Under the pieces are notes generated by a model. It worked only from the letters and a program-made list of their open reading frames with translations, did not search any database and was not told the DNA's origin. Below are positions 39,367 through 51,776 of a stretch of DNA of 64,000 bases, one piece after another. Both the position numbers and the translations under genes were made by a program. The stretch is taken from positions 36,582,001 through 36,646,000 of the forward strand of contig CM052818.1 of NCBI GenBank assembly GCA_028534125.1, in the 5' to 3' direction. How positions within the stretch are numbered: the first letter of the stretch is position 1; the number at the start of each line of letters is the position of its first letter. The stretch is from Lama glama. Lineage: Eukaryota.

Positions 39367-41869
39367 TAATGTCTTCTGAGATCATATTCAATTTAAGCTC
39401 TGTTTACAATGTCAAGTGTTCCGGGGACCATGTGTGAGACGGGGCAGGGAGGGGTGTGGGGGGCATCCCTAGACGGTGAGCCTTCTCAGAGGCTTGCCAC
39501 TCACTCTCATCCCGTGCAAGGCTGGCTCCTGGCTGGGCTTAAACATTGGAGATGGGAGGAACCCTTTGGGCCACCGCTCAGCCGCCCTCTGAAAGGCCAC
39601 CGAGAAACCACTCCCAACAGCCTATTCTCCGGAGCTTTGCCTGGTCTAATTTTAAACTGTCCCCTGTGACAGAGCGGGTAGAATGCTCCTCCCTTCTTGA
39701 GAAGAGCCTGCTAGTGTGCAGTTCACTTCTGGGAAGGTGGCTGGGAAGCCGGGCACAGTCTCCTTTCCGTCACCCCGATGCCTCCTGACTCCACCCTCCT
39801 GTTTCCAGTTTACATATGGGTCCCTCCTCTTGGTGAGGGAGCTCACCAGCCACAGATCCCAGGAGGCCACCAGGAGTGGGGGTGGGAGAAGAAGGGGAAG
39901 AGGTAGAAACGGAACTTTCCTCAGATTCGACAGAGACCTCAAGCCAGATCCTTCCCTTGGATTTGAAGTGACCACGCGGCATTACACTCCTCGTCTGAGT
40001 CTCTCCTCTTCCCGTGACTGTGCAAGTATTTGCTTCACCTTTGTGCAGCCGGCAGTCCGTCTGCTAATGTGCTGGCCAGACCAGGGCCCGGTGGCATGGA
40101 ACTGACCCAGAAGTAGGTATAATCCTCTCTTCTAAGTGTGCTTAATACCACTGATAATCTTGTCACACAAATCTCCCGGTTAGCAGTGAGCTGCAGCTCT
40201 CGCCAGACTCCAAGGATCTTTCAGGAACGGATTCCACCTCCTGTAATCTAGCTCCTTCCTTAGACCGATTTCAGCTGCCATGTTGCTGAGAGCTTGTGAG
40301 AAACGCCCTGACCTTTAACAGCCCCGTTTCTCAGAGCGGTCTCTTACAGACGAGGCCAGCGGAGCCCATTCATTCGTTTGTTCGGCCTTCCTGAGGGCCC
40401 CTGGTATCCCTCTGCAAATCTCTGCCCCCTGACAGCCACTTCCTATGGGAGGGTCTGGGCCACCGTCTGCGTCTTCCACTTAACCACTTCATTCGAGGTC
40501 AAGTGGTACTGCCCTTGACATTCTGTTCCCCACGGTCATCCCCCAGTCTCCAAGCCTGAGGACTCACCCCAGCACTGCCAGTCTGGGGGGACGTGAAGAG
40601 CCCAAACGTTTCAGATGTTCCTCCAAAGAAATCAAACTCCATTACATCACCTCCCATACGTAAGTTACCAGTGTGAACACTACTGGGCACAGCCACTTCT
40701 TCCCAAACGTGGAGTCCCGGCTCTCAGAGCTCCTGCCATCTTGCTCCACACAGGGCAAGTCCAGGGGCGGGTGCCCTTCTCCAAGAGCGTGAGCACAGCT
40801 CTACTTCTGCTCCCCCAGCAGCTGAAGAATGAATATCCTTTGAGCAGCACGGACGCCTGCCCCACTCCGGGCTCTGGGCTGCCAGCAACAGCTGGGCACA
40901 CAACTGGGCTGCAACTGAACTTCATACCCAGACTCACGGGAACGGCTGGGGAAAAGGCCCTGCAGGCTGACGCGCCCTACATGGGGATCTCTCGTCTTCT
41001 GAAACAGGCCCATGAGCTTACCTTTGGGTCTAGGTATGTGAGTTTGGAGAGGTGTTCTGCCCGAGGAGGGCCCACGTGGGTTCACTGGGACCAGCGCTGT
41101 CCTGCCGTTCTGTAAAATGCCCTGCCAGAGATAACATGGTCCAAGTGCGACCTTTGAGGGTAAGGAGTGACTGAGACCAAAGCTCTGGCAAATTCTTTTC
41201 CTTTCAGTTACAATGAGATAAAGAGGAGCAGAGACGGCAGCAATGAGAATTTTCTTCTGAATTAAAGTCAGCGAGAAGAGGGGAGTGGTTAGTGCTTGGG
41301 GTTTTTCTTTGGCTTGTGTGGTTTTCTGGATTTAGAGAGTTTCCTTGATGGCTGTCTGAGTTTCATCAAGCAGCTTCTGCTAGAGAAATAACCAGCAGAG
41401 CCGTCCACCCCCATGTGCTTACCCTGGCTGAATAGGAGACCCGACGCAGCCTCACTTCACGTGGAGGCCACAGGAGGAGTCTCGCCCCACACTCATCAAT
41501 CCGAACGTCTCTGTGTGGCCGCCAGCACACGTGAGCGTGCGTGTTCCGAGAGGTTGTGCTGTAGGTTGTGAGAGGGGTGTGGGAGGACTGGAGCAGCTCA
41601 CTTTAATTGCCCTTTGAAAGTTTTCCAAATTGGAGCCCATATGTTAACGCGAGGCAGGCAGGTGGTCAGTAGGAAGCTTATGGAAACATTTTTTGACATC
41701 AAGGAAGAAGGTGTGATGGTGTTCCATCAGCTCAGCGGTGAGGAGGTCAGCAGGCCATCCAGCACCGGGATTAAACTCTGAGCACCGAGAGTAAACTTCG
41801 CAAAATAACCAGCGCCCGCTCAGGTGGGCCTTCTTTAAGGAGACGTGGGGAAGAGGGGCTTCCCTGGAG

Positions 41870-42316
41870 TGAAGTAGCTTCCTTAGGGTGGCTGCAGCAA
41901 ATGACCACAAGCAAGGGGCTTACACGACAAAAATGTATTCTTTCTCAGTACTGGAAGCCAGAAGTCCAAAATCAAGGTGTTGGCAGGCCACGCTGTCTCT
42001 GAAGGCTCTAAGGGAGAACGCTTTTTCATCTCTTCCAGCTTCTGCTGGCCCCAGGCATTCCTTGGTTTGTGGAGGCATTGCTCTGCTCTCTGCCTCCGTC
42101 TTTGCACAGCCATCCTCTCCGAGTGTCAAATCTTCCTTTTTTTTTCTCTCAAGAGGATACTTATCACTAGATTTAGGGCCCACCTTGATCCAGGACGATC
42201 TCATCTCGAGAACCATACCTTAGCTACATCGGCAAAAACCTTATTTCAAAACAAGGTCACGTTTGCAGGTTCTGGGTGGACATACAATCTGGGGGGCTAC
42301 TGTTCAACCCGCTTCA
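41870..42316 (-). mobile_element. MaLR solo LTR (MLT1C-like)
   Basis: 'ccagaagtccaaaatcaaggtgttggcagg...tctgaaggctctaagggaga...gatttagggcccaccttgatccaggacgatctcatctcgaga'. Confidence 0.88.
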
Positions 42317-43729
42317 CGGACAGGGCCCTGAAATTAAAATCTTGTCGATCTAACCCTGCTTTCTCATCAATTCAAGTGTTTTAAAGATGAGGCAGGTTTC
42401 TTTGGAGAAGGCCCGTTCTTAAAATACAGCTCAGATCCCTACCTGGCGGGGCTGGTGGGGCTGGGAAATCTTAACAAGTTCACAGGTGAGCCTAGGACAG
42501 GTTTGGGGCCCAAAGCCCAGATCCCCCAGTTGTGTTCTCAGCCCACAAAGCAGGCAGCTGACTGGCATCCGAGAAGTTCCCTGTGAGGCAGGGCCGTCTT
42601 AGGCCGCTGTGAAAGCCACTGCCAGTCCTCGGGAAGTCCCCCAGTGTCGCCACCCTGAGACGGAGTCACCCCTGGGCCTTCTCACCCTCCACCCTCCGCC
42701 GCCACTCCTGGCTCAGGGTTGGTGCTTAGAAATGTTAAATAACAATAATAATAATAACACGTCTGAATGTGACGCTTTAATGGCCAATCTGTCATTTTCC
42801 TACTTTATTTCTGAGATTTTAAGAACTGTGTCCTTCCTGCACAAAACATCAGGGTGCATTTATATTAAAAAATGAAACTAATTAAAATGTTGGAAAAGCA
42901 TAAACCACAGCACCATAAAACAGCAGCAGCCCTATTCTTCCAGCCGAAAAAGATTTTTCTTCTTCATTTTGTGGCCTGCCCTGGTGAGCAGACCAGTGGA
43001 GGTGGGAGCCTGTGGGCAGCCGCGCTGTCTCTGAGCAAGGCCCCGGTTCCCTGACTCTGGCGGGATGTCCGAGGGAAGTGAGGCCCGGGCAGAGGGCTAA
43101 ACTCCGATATGGGAGGCTGCAGAACAAGCTACCCTTCAGGTCATCAGAACTCAACCACTTGATTAGGGCTTGTGTCTCTGGAGAGGTTTTCAAAGCCGAG
43201 CACTCATGCTGAAACACACAGTGATGCCGTCGGCCCCGCAGTGCGAGCCAGGCGGGGGTGGCTGCAGCATGAGGTTGATGGGCTGTCACTGCCAGTGACC
43301 AGCATAACCTTCACCACAAATGGGATGCCCCAGACGGGGAGGGACAGTTTTCACAAAAGTCCATACCAAACGTCCAGGCCTTAAGAAACTTCTGTATAAA
43401 CCAAGTGGGCACATTTGCTGAAGGACGAAGGGATAGGGAAATGCAGTGAGGTACCCCATGCCCCCATGCTGGGAAGGCAGGCAGGCGGCGTGGTGGGGAC
43501 CAGCAGAGGACCAAGCACTGAAGGCCCAAGTTTCACTCAAGCTGCCCTCAGGCAAGAGGGGTCTGGCTCCCTCTGAAGAACACGGGAGCAACCAGCAAGA
43601 CGTCAGTGTTTAAATGTTTACGCTTTGTATTTTCTCAGGTGAGGGTCCATTTCTCTAAAAAAAAATCGCCCTCCAGGAATTTCTTTAGAAAACTAAAGTC
43701 ATGTTTCACACACTGCCATTACCACTGCC

Positions 43730-43890
43730 AGCAGTTACAGAGCACTTCCTGTTTGCCCAGTGATGGGCAAGTATTTTTTCACCCGGAATTTCCCAAATTC
43801 ATACACAACTCCTGTAAGGTAGTCTTGCTGTTGTCCTCACTCTACAGATAAGGAAAATGAGGCCACAGAATGCTTAAGCAACTTATCAAT
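43730..43890 (-). mobile_element. MIR SINE
   Basis: 'cacaactcctgtaaggtag...tacagataaggaaaatgaggccacaga...ttaagcaactt'. Confidence 0.7.
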
Positions 43891-44249
43891 GATGTGAGCC
43901 CAAGGAGGTCTTTACGTTTAAGGCCTGTGTTCTTTCCAGTTCGTGTTCTGCTTTGCAAGGAACCATGGGCTCATATGCCCGCCCTGGCTGGTCTCACCTG
44001 TGTCAGATTTGGGGCTTGGAGCTGATGCAGGGCAGAAATGTGGGACATGAATGGAGTGGAGGTGCAGAGGTGGGGGGACAAGCTTGGTGAGGTGAGTGTA
44101 GGGGGGATGATCAAGAACCTTAAGCCACTTTAACTTCAGGGCCAGTTTGTAGTAATTGCCCTCTTTAAAGCAGAGGCCTGACAAGATCAGATTTGCAGTG
44201 GTGGGGAGAATGGATGGGAGGGAGCGGGCAGACTCAGGGCAGGGAGGCA

Positions 44250-44417
44250 GTGATGGGGATGGAGATGGAGGGGTGATGGGGATGGTGAGGAGAGGTGATT
44301 CGGATGGAGATGGAGGGGTGATGGGGAAGGTGAGGAGAGGTGATGGGGGTGGAGATGGAGGGGTGGGGGGGATGGTGATGGGCAGTGATGGGGATAGTGA
44401 TGGAGAGGTGATGGAGA
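44250..44417. repeat. G-rich minisatellite, 45-bp unit, ~3.7 copies
   Basis: Units start at 44250, 44295, 44340 and 44385 (GTGATGGGGATGGAGATGGAGGGGTGATGGGGATGGTGAGGAGAG). Confidence 0.9.
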
Positions 44418-44599
44418 TATAGAGGGAGGATGCCAGTGGCTTACACAGATGCGTGGGTGGCAGATCTGGCCCTGAGCTAGGAGTTCTAAGGAAAGGAGCC
44501 ACTTCGAGGCTGAGGAGGTGGGGTTTAATTCTGGCCATTTTATATTTGAGGCTCTTGCAGATATCTAAGGGCAGACATCCAGGGAAAAGAACTGGGAGT

Positions 44600-44790
44600 C
44601 AGAGGCATGGACTCTGAAGTAAGAAGTCTCAGTTCAAATCCCATTCCTACCACTTATAAGCGAGTGCTGAGCAAGTTGCCCAGGCTCTGAAATTCCGTCT
44701 CCTCGTGTGCAATGGGGATAATCGCTGGCTTCCCACATAGGGCAGTTGTAAGAACTGAGGCAAAACATGTCCAGCTTTTGACAAGGTGCC
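44600..44790 (+). mobile_element. MIR SINE
   Basis: 'catggactctgaagt...gttcaaatcccattcctaccactta...gcaagttgc...aatggggataat...catagggcagttgtaaga'. Confidence 0.75.
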
Positions 44791-45439
44791 TGGACCTCCA
44801 CAGATGGTTTGAAAAACAAAACAAAAGAACCACCACCACCACAACACAACTATCACCACAACCACCCACAAACAAAAGGTGGGTTGGAGCCCAGGACTGT
44901 TTAGGGCACAGGTTCTAGATTTGAGAGCATCAAATGCAGGAGATGATTTTTCATCTCATGAAAGCATAGTAATTGCTTTGTAAAATGCCCTACTTTGGGA
45001 CCCCTTGAATCAGCGAGGAGCTAGCACATTTCAATACGTATTTAATTTATTTGTAGACTATTGACTACAGTCATGGAGATGCCACACGGAGAACTAGGCA
45101 GTCATGGCACTTCTCTGAAATGAGAATATATGGCCATGGAAAAGTGGAATATGATTTTCAAAAGTGCACAACTGTTTTTTTGGTAAAGCGAGTGAATTTC
45201 CATGACTACACTTTCTTCTAACAATTCAGTTTAATAATTCAGCACATATTTATGGAGCACATAGCAGGCCAGTGTGAGGTGCTAGCCATGCAAAACCTAA
45301 GAAGACAGGATCTTTTGTGTCAAGGACCCACATTCTAGAGGGAGAGAGAGACAGAGAAGGGAGGGACACACCAGGAAGGCCATGGTTTCAACAACAGATC
45401 ACATCCACGGAGCATGTCCTGGACACCAAAGATTTGCGT

Positions 45440-45610
45440 TATTAATTCGTCTCATCTCCCCCACAACCCAGTGAGGTAGACTACCATTATCCTTTAACAA
45501 AAGAGGAAACCAGGCTCTGAGAGGGTAAGTAACTTGCTAAAAGTCATACAGCTAGAGAGTGGAAGAGTCGGGATTCAAACTTAGGCGGTTTGAACCTGGA
45601 GCCTGGGCTG
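45440..45610 (-). mobile_element. MIR SINE
   Basis: 'cacaacccagtgaggtag...gaggaaaccaggctctgagagggtaagtaacttgc...gggattcaaac'. Confidence 0.8.
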
Positions 45611-47323
45611 CTCACCCCTTCTCTGTGCTGGCACAGCGGTGTGCCACGGACCCATATGTCTGGTGTGCTTATACATCGGGTGTCCCAACGAGGACTGACT
45701 GATGTGGTTGGCTGACCAACTGATCATTTCGCTCTTCACATGAAAACCTTCTGGCCTGACTGCCTCTCAAACTGCACACACCTCCTCCTCTCTCCAATTG
45801 CTCCCAGGCATGCCATCCAAAGAGGTCAAAGTTGAAATCCTGGAACAACACCTCTATGGACATGGAGGAAATCACTCATTTACCAGCAGCCAGCTGCTCA
45901 GAACTGCCCACAAACTTGGCCACGGTCACAGGAGAATTTCTCCAGCCCCCTGAGTCCCTAGATGGGGATGAGGCAGGGTCAGCTATGGAGGGGCTTGTGA
46001 GCAAAGCCAGAGAGGCGGGGTGAGTGTCCCCCTGCTCTGCCCAGCTCTGCACACAGGGCAAAGGTTCAGTGCTACCTCCTCCACTCTCACATTTTTTTGG
46101 GAGCAGCCACTCCTCTGTTCTGATTCAAGTTCTTGGCTTTGATAACAAAAGATAGAAAGAACCTGGTCTTAGCCAGGAAGCCCCATTTTATCTTTCACAG
46201 GCCACGAGGAGACAGCAGAGGTCTGCGCTAAGGAGTAGCACAGCCAGCAGGTGATGGATCCTCCGGGTGGCAGAGCAGGACCAGGAGATGGGTGCCCCCA
46301 TGTCATCAATCAGGACGTGCTCCACCAGGGCTGAAGTGGCCAATGCTTGACCAGCTGCCTGACCGTGGACGCGTACTGTTCAGGTCTTCCCCAATGAGAT
46401 AGCCAGAGGTGGGCGGGAGAGGTGGGGGGAAGACCCCACCTGGGCCCGGGCGGCAAAGCCTGCGTTCCAGGGACTGGAGAAAAGGGACAGAGAATATCCA
46501 GACTTGGGAAAATTTTGTTAGTGTTGGATGTGGCAGTTACTAATTTCTCCTGGAAGAAAGAGTCTTCTTGGAAGTGCGATGCTCATTCTATGCAGCCTTT
46601 GGCCCAGCCAGGTGCAGACATTCCCCACAGCCGTGTGAGCTGTCAGATCAACGGGGCCCCATCAGTCCGGGGAGCGAACTGCTGGGATCTCGAAATGGAT
46701 ACACCCAAATTCCAAGCACCAGTTTCCTCCTCAATTATTTACAAGGAACACGATGCAGTGGAATGGAATCTAATTCATAACACCTCTTTAATGCCTTTAT
46801 AACACAATATTCACAACGTTCCCTTCTAATCTCAGCAGATGACAAGTTGCCACTATTGAATTCCCATTAATATGAATTATGGGTACAATATTTTTTGCCC
46901 AATATTCTCTCCTCAGCCTAATATTGCGGGCGAATAAAAAATCACACCCTCAGCATATTCCTGAGGCACGAGGCGATGGCAGTGTGGAGCCAGTCTGCAC
47001 CTGGCTGGGGTGGAGGTGCCGTGCTGGGCGGTCGGCAGGCCAGGCCGGAGAGCTCGGTCGAGGTGAGCAGCGGTGGCTTCCTCCCTCCCCGTCCCTCTTC
47101 TCAGGGTCACGTGCACCATCAGAATCCTGGCTGTTCCCACCCCAGGACAGGCCTAGCTTCCATTACGGCAGCATCGGGTGGAGGCAGTGAGCTGGATGGC
47201 ACGTGTTATGCACTGAGGTTGATCACGGCACCTGCCTCACACAGTCGCTGTGGGATGCAGTGGGTTAACGCCTGCGAAAACACTTAGACCCCAGGCTGGC
47301 CCACAGTGAGCATGCAACAGATG

Positions 47324-47358
47324 TGGTGATGGTGGTGGCGGTGGCGGTGGCGGTGGCA
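47324..47358. repeat. (GGT/GGC)n imperfect trinucleotide repeat
   Basis: Direct reading: tggtgatggtggtggcggtggcggtggcggtggc. Confidence 0.75.
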
Positions 47359-47979
47359 GCAACCCCAGGAGACAGCTAGGGCCCTGGCTGGCCAGCAGCC
47401 CTGAGTTGCTTCGTAGGATGGCTTCTGGGTGTGTGAGGTGAAAGTGCACAGTGTGTGTAGCTTGGGAAGCACCCTGGATGCTGGCGAGATTTATAATTGC
47501 TGCCGAGCACAGCATAGCTGAGGCCTCACTCGCAGTCCCAGCTCTTGGGGTGCTAGAGAAAATGAACACAAACACACCCTCCAATGGCTCCAGCATCTCC
47601 TAGGACCTTCCTTCTCCGGGGCCTGGCCCTCCCACTGTGCTTGGCAGTAACCTCCTGCAGGTGGTGGAGCTGAGCATCTTCCCAGGGCCACGGGACTCCC
47701 GTGTGAGTCAGGACAGGGACTCCTCAGTGACACCAAAGCCGCCCTCCTGGGGGCTGGGCCACCCGCCCATTCCCTGGGGTTCTGCCCCACATTTCAATCA
47801 AGCCCAGGTAGGTCTGTGTTAAGTGCCATCATTTGACTGGCCTCCATTCTAGCCACTGTGATTGGCACTCCCATTGCTCTTAATGAAGGCAATTCCTTGG
47901 TGAGTCAGGAACCACTCCCTGTTTTTACACTGATATTTCCCTTCTGTCTTTTGATAGCAGGGCATTTGTTTATTGAAAA

Positions 47980-48225
47980 ATATTTTTCATTGTGGTCATA
48001 TATACATATATGACATGAAATTTGCCATTTCCCCCATTTTTAAGTGTATGTTCGGTGGCATTCATTACATTCACAATGCCATGCAACTGTCACCACTCTT
48101 CCAATATTTCTTCATGGCCCCAAACAGAAACTCTATCCATTAAACAGCAACTCCCCATCCTCCTTTCACTCAGCCCCTGGTAACCTCCAATCTACTTTCT
48201 GTCTCTATGAATTAGGGCATTTATT
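47980..48225 (-). mobile_element. Old L1 (L1MB-like) 3' UTR fragment
   Basis: 'aaatttgccattt...tttaagtgta...acattcacaatg...ccattaaacagcaactcccc...ccctggtaacct..aatctactttctgtctctatgaat'. Confidence 0.85.
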
Positions 48226-48259
48226 TTCATAAAGCTCTTCTGCCTTCCTATTTCATGTG

Positions 48260-48410
48260 GACCTCACAAGAGCCCAGTGAAGTGGGCACTGTTGTGTCCA
48301 GATTTTAGGTAAGGAAACTGAGTCTTGGAGAGCTTAAGTGCCCTGCCTAGAGGTTGCTCAGCCCAGTGAAATGTGGATGTGGGCCTTGAACCCCATATCC
48401 TGACCCCAGC
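48260..48410 (-). mobile_element. MIR SINE
   Basis: 'ctcacaagagcccagtgaagtggg...aggtaaggaaactgag...ttaagtgccctgccta'. Confidence 0.7.
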
Positions 48411-48719
48411 CTGGGGTTTCCCCCTTAGTCCAGGGATGCCTGGATTTCCCTCAGACAGAAACATGGCCCCAGGAAGTGCGGTGGCTGTAAGCAATGCCCT
48501 AGTGTTGGCATTCAGGGAAGCGGCAGATAGCAGAATCCCTGTAGACAGCAGCGAGTGCTGAAATAAATGAGTAGCAGGTAGAGGATACTCACAAAGGCCA
48601 ATGCAGCCATTTTCAGTAAGCCAGTGTGCCAGGTGAGGTCTGGGAGATGGAGAAGACATCCTCACTGTCGCTTGGGAGCCAGTGTGCCAATGGAGGCAGT
48701 TTAAAAAAAAATTTTTTTT

Positions 48720-49190
48720 TATACAACCAGCAAATGTGTTAGCTCAGGTAACAAAAGCCCAGAGGTAGGCAGGGATGCAGCATTAGGGTGCCGGTTCCAT
48801 ATTTCCGAAATTCTCTTATTTTTTCTATGCCTCATGTGTTGGCTTCATCCACAGTCTTGTAGCATGATGGCTATAGCGGCTCAAGGCATCACGTCCAGAC
48901 ACTACAATGTCCAGAGGAAGAAGGATTTCCTTTTTCTTGTGACTCTTCCTTAGAAGCAAGGAAACCTTTCCCAAAGCCCCCAGATAGGATTACTCTCATG
49001 TTCCACTGGCCAGAACTGGGTCCATGACTCTTCCTAAACCAATGTTGGGTAAGGCGAATGGTATTACCACACCTGATTTTGAACCATCATAATCCTAGCA
49101 GGGACTAGGGTTCATTTTTCCCAAAGCATAGGAGGTGATGGATACCTGAACAGAATGGAGGCTGGGTAGATTGCCAGCAACACCCACCAC
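48720..49190 (-). mobile_element. Old MaLR LTR (MLT1J/K/L-like)
   Basis: 'ttggcttcatcc...atggcta...cactggccagaactgggtccatg...cctaaaccaat' motifs typical of older MLT1 LTRs. Confidence 0.6.
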
Positions 49191-50266
49191 AGACCTCCAA
49201 GTTTGCTTTGTCAGGCCTGGTGTAGTTCTCTGGCATCTGCACAGTGAGAGCGCCTGACCCACCTGCAGGCTTGGCCATTCTACCTCCCTATTCCTGCCCC
49301 CTACCCCTTGGCCTGCCGGCTTTCGGGCCACATCTCACCTGAGGAAGGAATTCTTTAAGGAGTAGGTCACGAATCTGGATCACGTTCAATGCCAGTCTGG
49401 CGCTGAGCTGGGCAGAGCACGGAGCACTATAGTTGCTGGCAGCCCAGGGAGGGGCATGGGGAGACACTTGGTCCTCTAGGAACAAAAGAGGACAGCAAGC
49501 TGAACTGAGTTGCCTGGGCCTCAGGAGCAGGACTGGAGGAAGGGCCTCGTGTGGCAACAGAAGAGCATTTTCCTTAAGGACATCAGCCAGGGATTTAAGT
49601 CGAGGGAGGGAGGTTCTGATGACTGGCCTTCTGCGATCCCGGTGTGCACCTTGCTTTCTTCCCAGTTCCCAGGACTCCTGTCATGGAGCCAGAGGGTCCA
49701 AAGTGTTCGCCCATCTCCTCCATGAAACAGCAGGAGAGGGGTGGCTGGGAAAGCAGGACCCCTACCCCATCCATAGGAGAGGCGTGTGGCCTGCGTCTGA
49801 ATGCATACTGATGCTGTGCTGAATTCTCCCGGCCCTTTATTTCCCAGAGGGAAAATGAGGCTCCCTGCCTCCGGGTTCTATAGATGCAGATTCCAATGCA
49901 AATGAATACGTCCTGACTAGTGGACACTGCAGCAGAGCTGCACAGACAGCTCTCCTAAACCTTCATTTTAGGGCCTCAAATGCGGTGTTGAAACTGATGG
50001 ATTATCTGCTACGTTACATCAGCCTCGCTCTGCAGGGACTTCACAATGACGCTTCTCCGTGGCATTATGCTTTGGGAGGACTCAAGCCAATTTGGCTGCC
50101 TGTGTCACAACAGTGAGTAAAACAGGGATAGGGCCAGTCTGGGTTTGCAGGAACTCTTCCTCACTGAAATGAAACTAGATCTGTAGGAGCTGATGGTGAA
50201 CAAATGACACCGAGGGGCATTCAACTCTCCTTTTTATGTTTATTTCCCTGAGTTATTTTTAGCGTT

Positions 50267-50500
50267 ACAGACAGTTTCCAGTTAACAAATGGGTTGGGTT
50301 CTGAAAGTTCATTTGTAATTTGGCTGTTTAGATTTCGGAACATACTTTCCTTATAAAAAAACAATGTTATAAATGGTGATGAGATTCCCAGGCTAGTTCT
50401 CCAAAGCCTATTTAACCCATAATGTAGCTAAAATACTGTCCTTCTGCAATGAAAAAAAAATTGTTCAATTGCAACATGAGTAATTAAATGAAAGAGGGAA
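50267..50500 (+). mobile_element. TcMar-Tigger-like DNA transposon end fragment
   Basis: 'tacagacagtttccagttaacaaatgggttgggttctgaaagttcatttgtaa' resembles a TA-preceded Tigger terminal repeat; the other end was not found. Confidence 0.5.
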
Positions 50501-51244
50501 AACCATTAAAACTGAATAAGTAGATTTATGTTCATCTGGAATGATGCTGTTTGCAGAAAACCTAATTTAATTCAAGGAGAGGCCTTTTCCAAGGGCTTTT
50601 TTGGGAACTGCACGAGATTTATCCTATTAGGGAGAAAGAGCCGTGACGGTGTCCGATCGGCAGCTACTGAATATTTGCATCATGTCACTGGCTCCCTTCC
50701 TGATTTTAGGCTCATCAGAAAGTCTTCTGGTCAAAATTTGTTTTCCTACGTGGATTCTCACAGGGAGAGATTCACTGGGCAAAGTCCGTGAAAGTGGTTT
50801 CCTTGGGGTGGATTTTTCGATTTTGAATCGGTAGGTTAGCCTCTGTCCTTGTGAGTGTCCCGGGAACAGCGGTGCCCCAGTCCCACCGACTCTGGGGCAG
50901 TGATGGGATCAGTGTTGGAGCCTTCAGGACTGAGGTCCAAGTCCTGGCCAGGGGTGGATTCTCAAGCTAAATGCATCTTGCGAGGTTCCCTGGGGGCCAG
51001 ATGTAACACCTTCCTCACCACTGTCTCCTTTCAGGCCTCCCTAGGCAGCCCCTGGTGTGGCTGATGTGTGTCACCCAGGTGTGTGTAAGTCACGAGTGTC
51101 CCAGGTTGATTCTGTTCACCAGGCCACACAGAGGAGAGGAGCAGATTGATCCTGTTCTTTCTGTTTGAGGCATGTGAGCCTTGGCTGGAAACTAGACGGT
51201 CAATAACTGTGTTTAAGCAAGTGTGCTGGCAACGCTGTTGGGGA

Positions 51245-51776
51245 GAGGGGGTATATTGCAAAAATGATCTCAAATGCTTCCCATCCCCACCTGCCTGCCC
51301 TTTTGCAGTGGGGTGTTGTAGCACCTCCTAGTAAGAGGCAGGGTTTCTTTGAATCTGGCTTGGCTGTGTGACTGCTTTGGCCAAGAGGATTTTAACCAAG
51401 AGGATTTAAGCAAATGGGCCTCAAGCGGAGGTTAGAAAAGCACATGTGACCGAGCCTTGCCCCCTTGCTGCCCCTGGAAGCCTGAGACCCTCAAGTGAAC
51501 ACCGCTGCGATAGCTGGAGAGAGGATGACAGGTCACACGAAGCACTGAGACGCCTTGGCTGACGGCCGCTACACACAGGTGTGTAAGCGAGGCCATCCCA
51601 GATGAGCCACCAGCCCCCAGCCACCACGCAGCTGACCACAAAGGAGACAGCCCAGCAGAGATCAGCTCCGCCAGCCCAGCGCCACCCAGAACTGACAACC
51701 AACCCACAGAACCAGGATAGTTTTACACCACTCAGTTTTGGGATGAATGTTACCCCGCAAAAGCTAACTTATATAA
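51245..51776 (+). mobile_element. MaLR solo LTR (MLT1G/H-like)
   Basis: 'ttgaatctggcttggctgtgtgactgctttggccaa...cagctgaccaca...ttttacaccactcagttttggg...aaagctaact'. Confidence 0.75.

Noticed and set aside
43918..44538. 206-aa Pro/Ser-rich, extensin-like ORF
   Set aside because: Produced by the 45-bp minisatellite.
48619..48689. 13-bp direct repeat AGCCAGTGTGCCA (48619-48631 and 48677-48689)
   Set aside because: Only two copies with no element between them; compatible with a trivial local duplication or chance.
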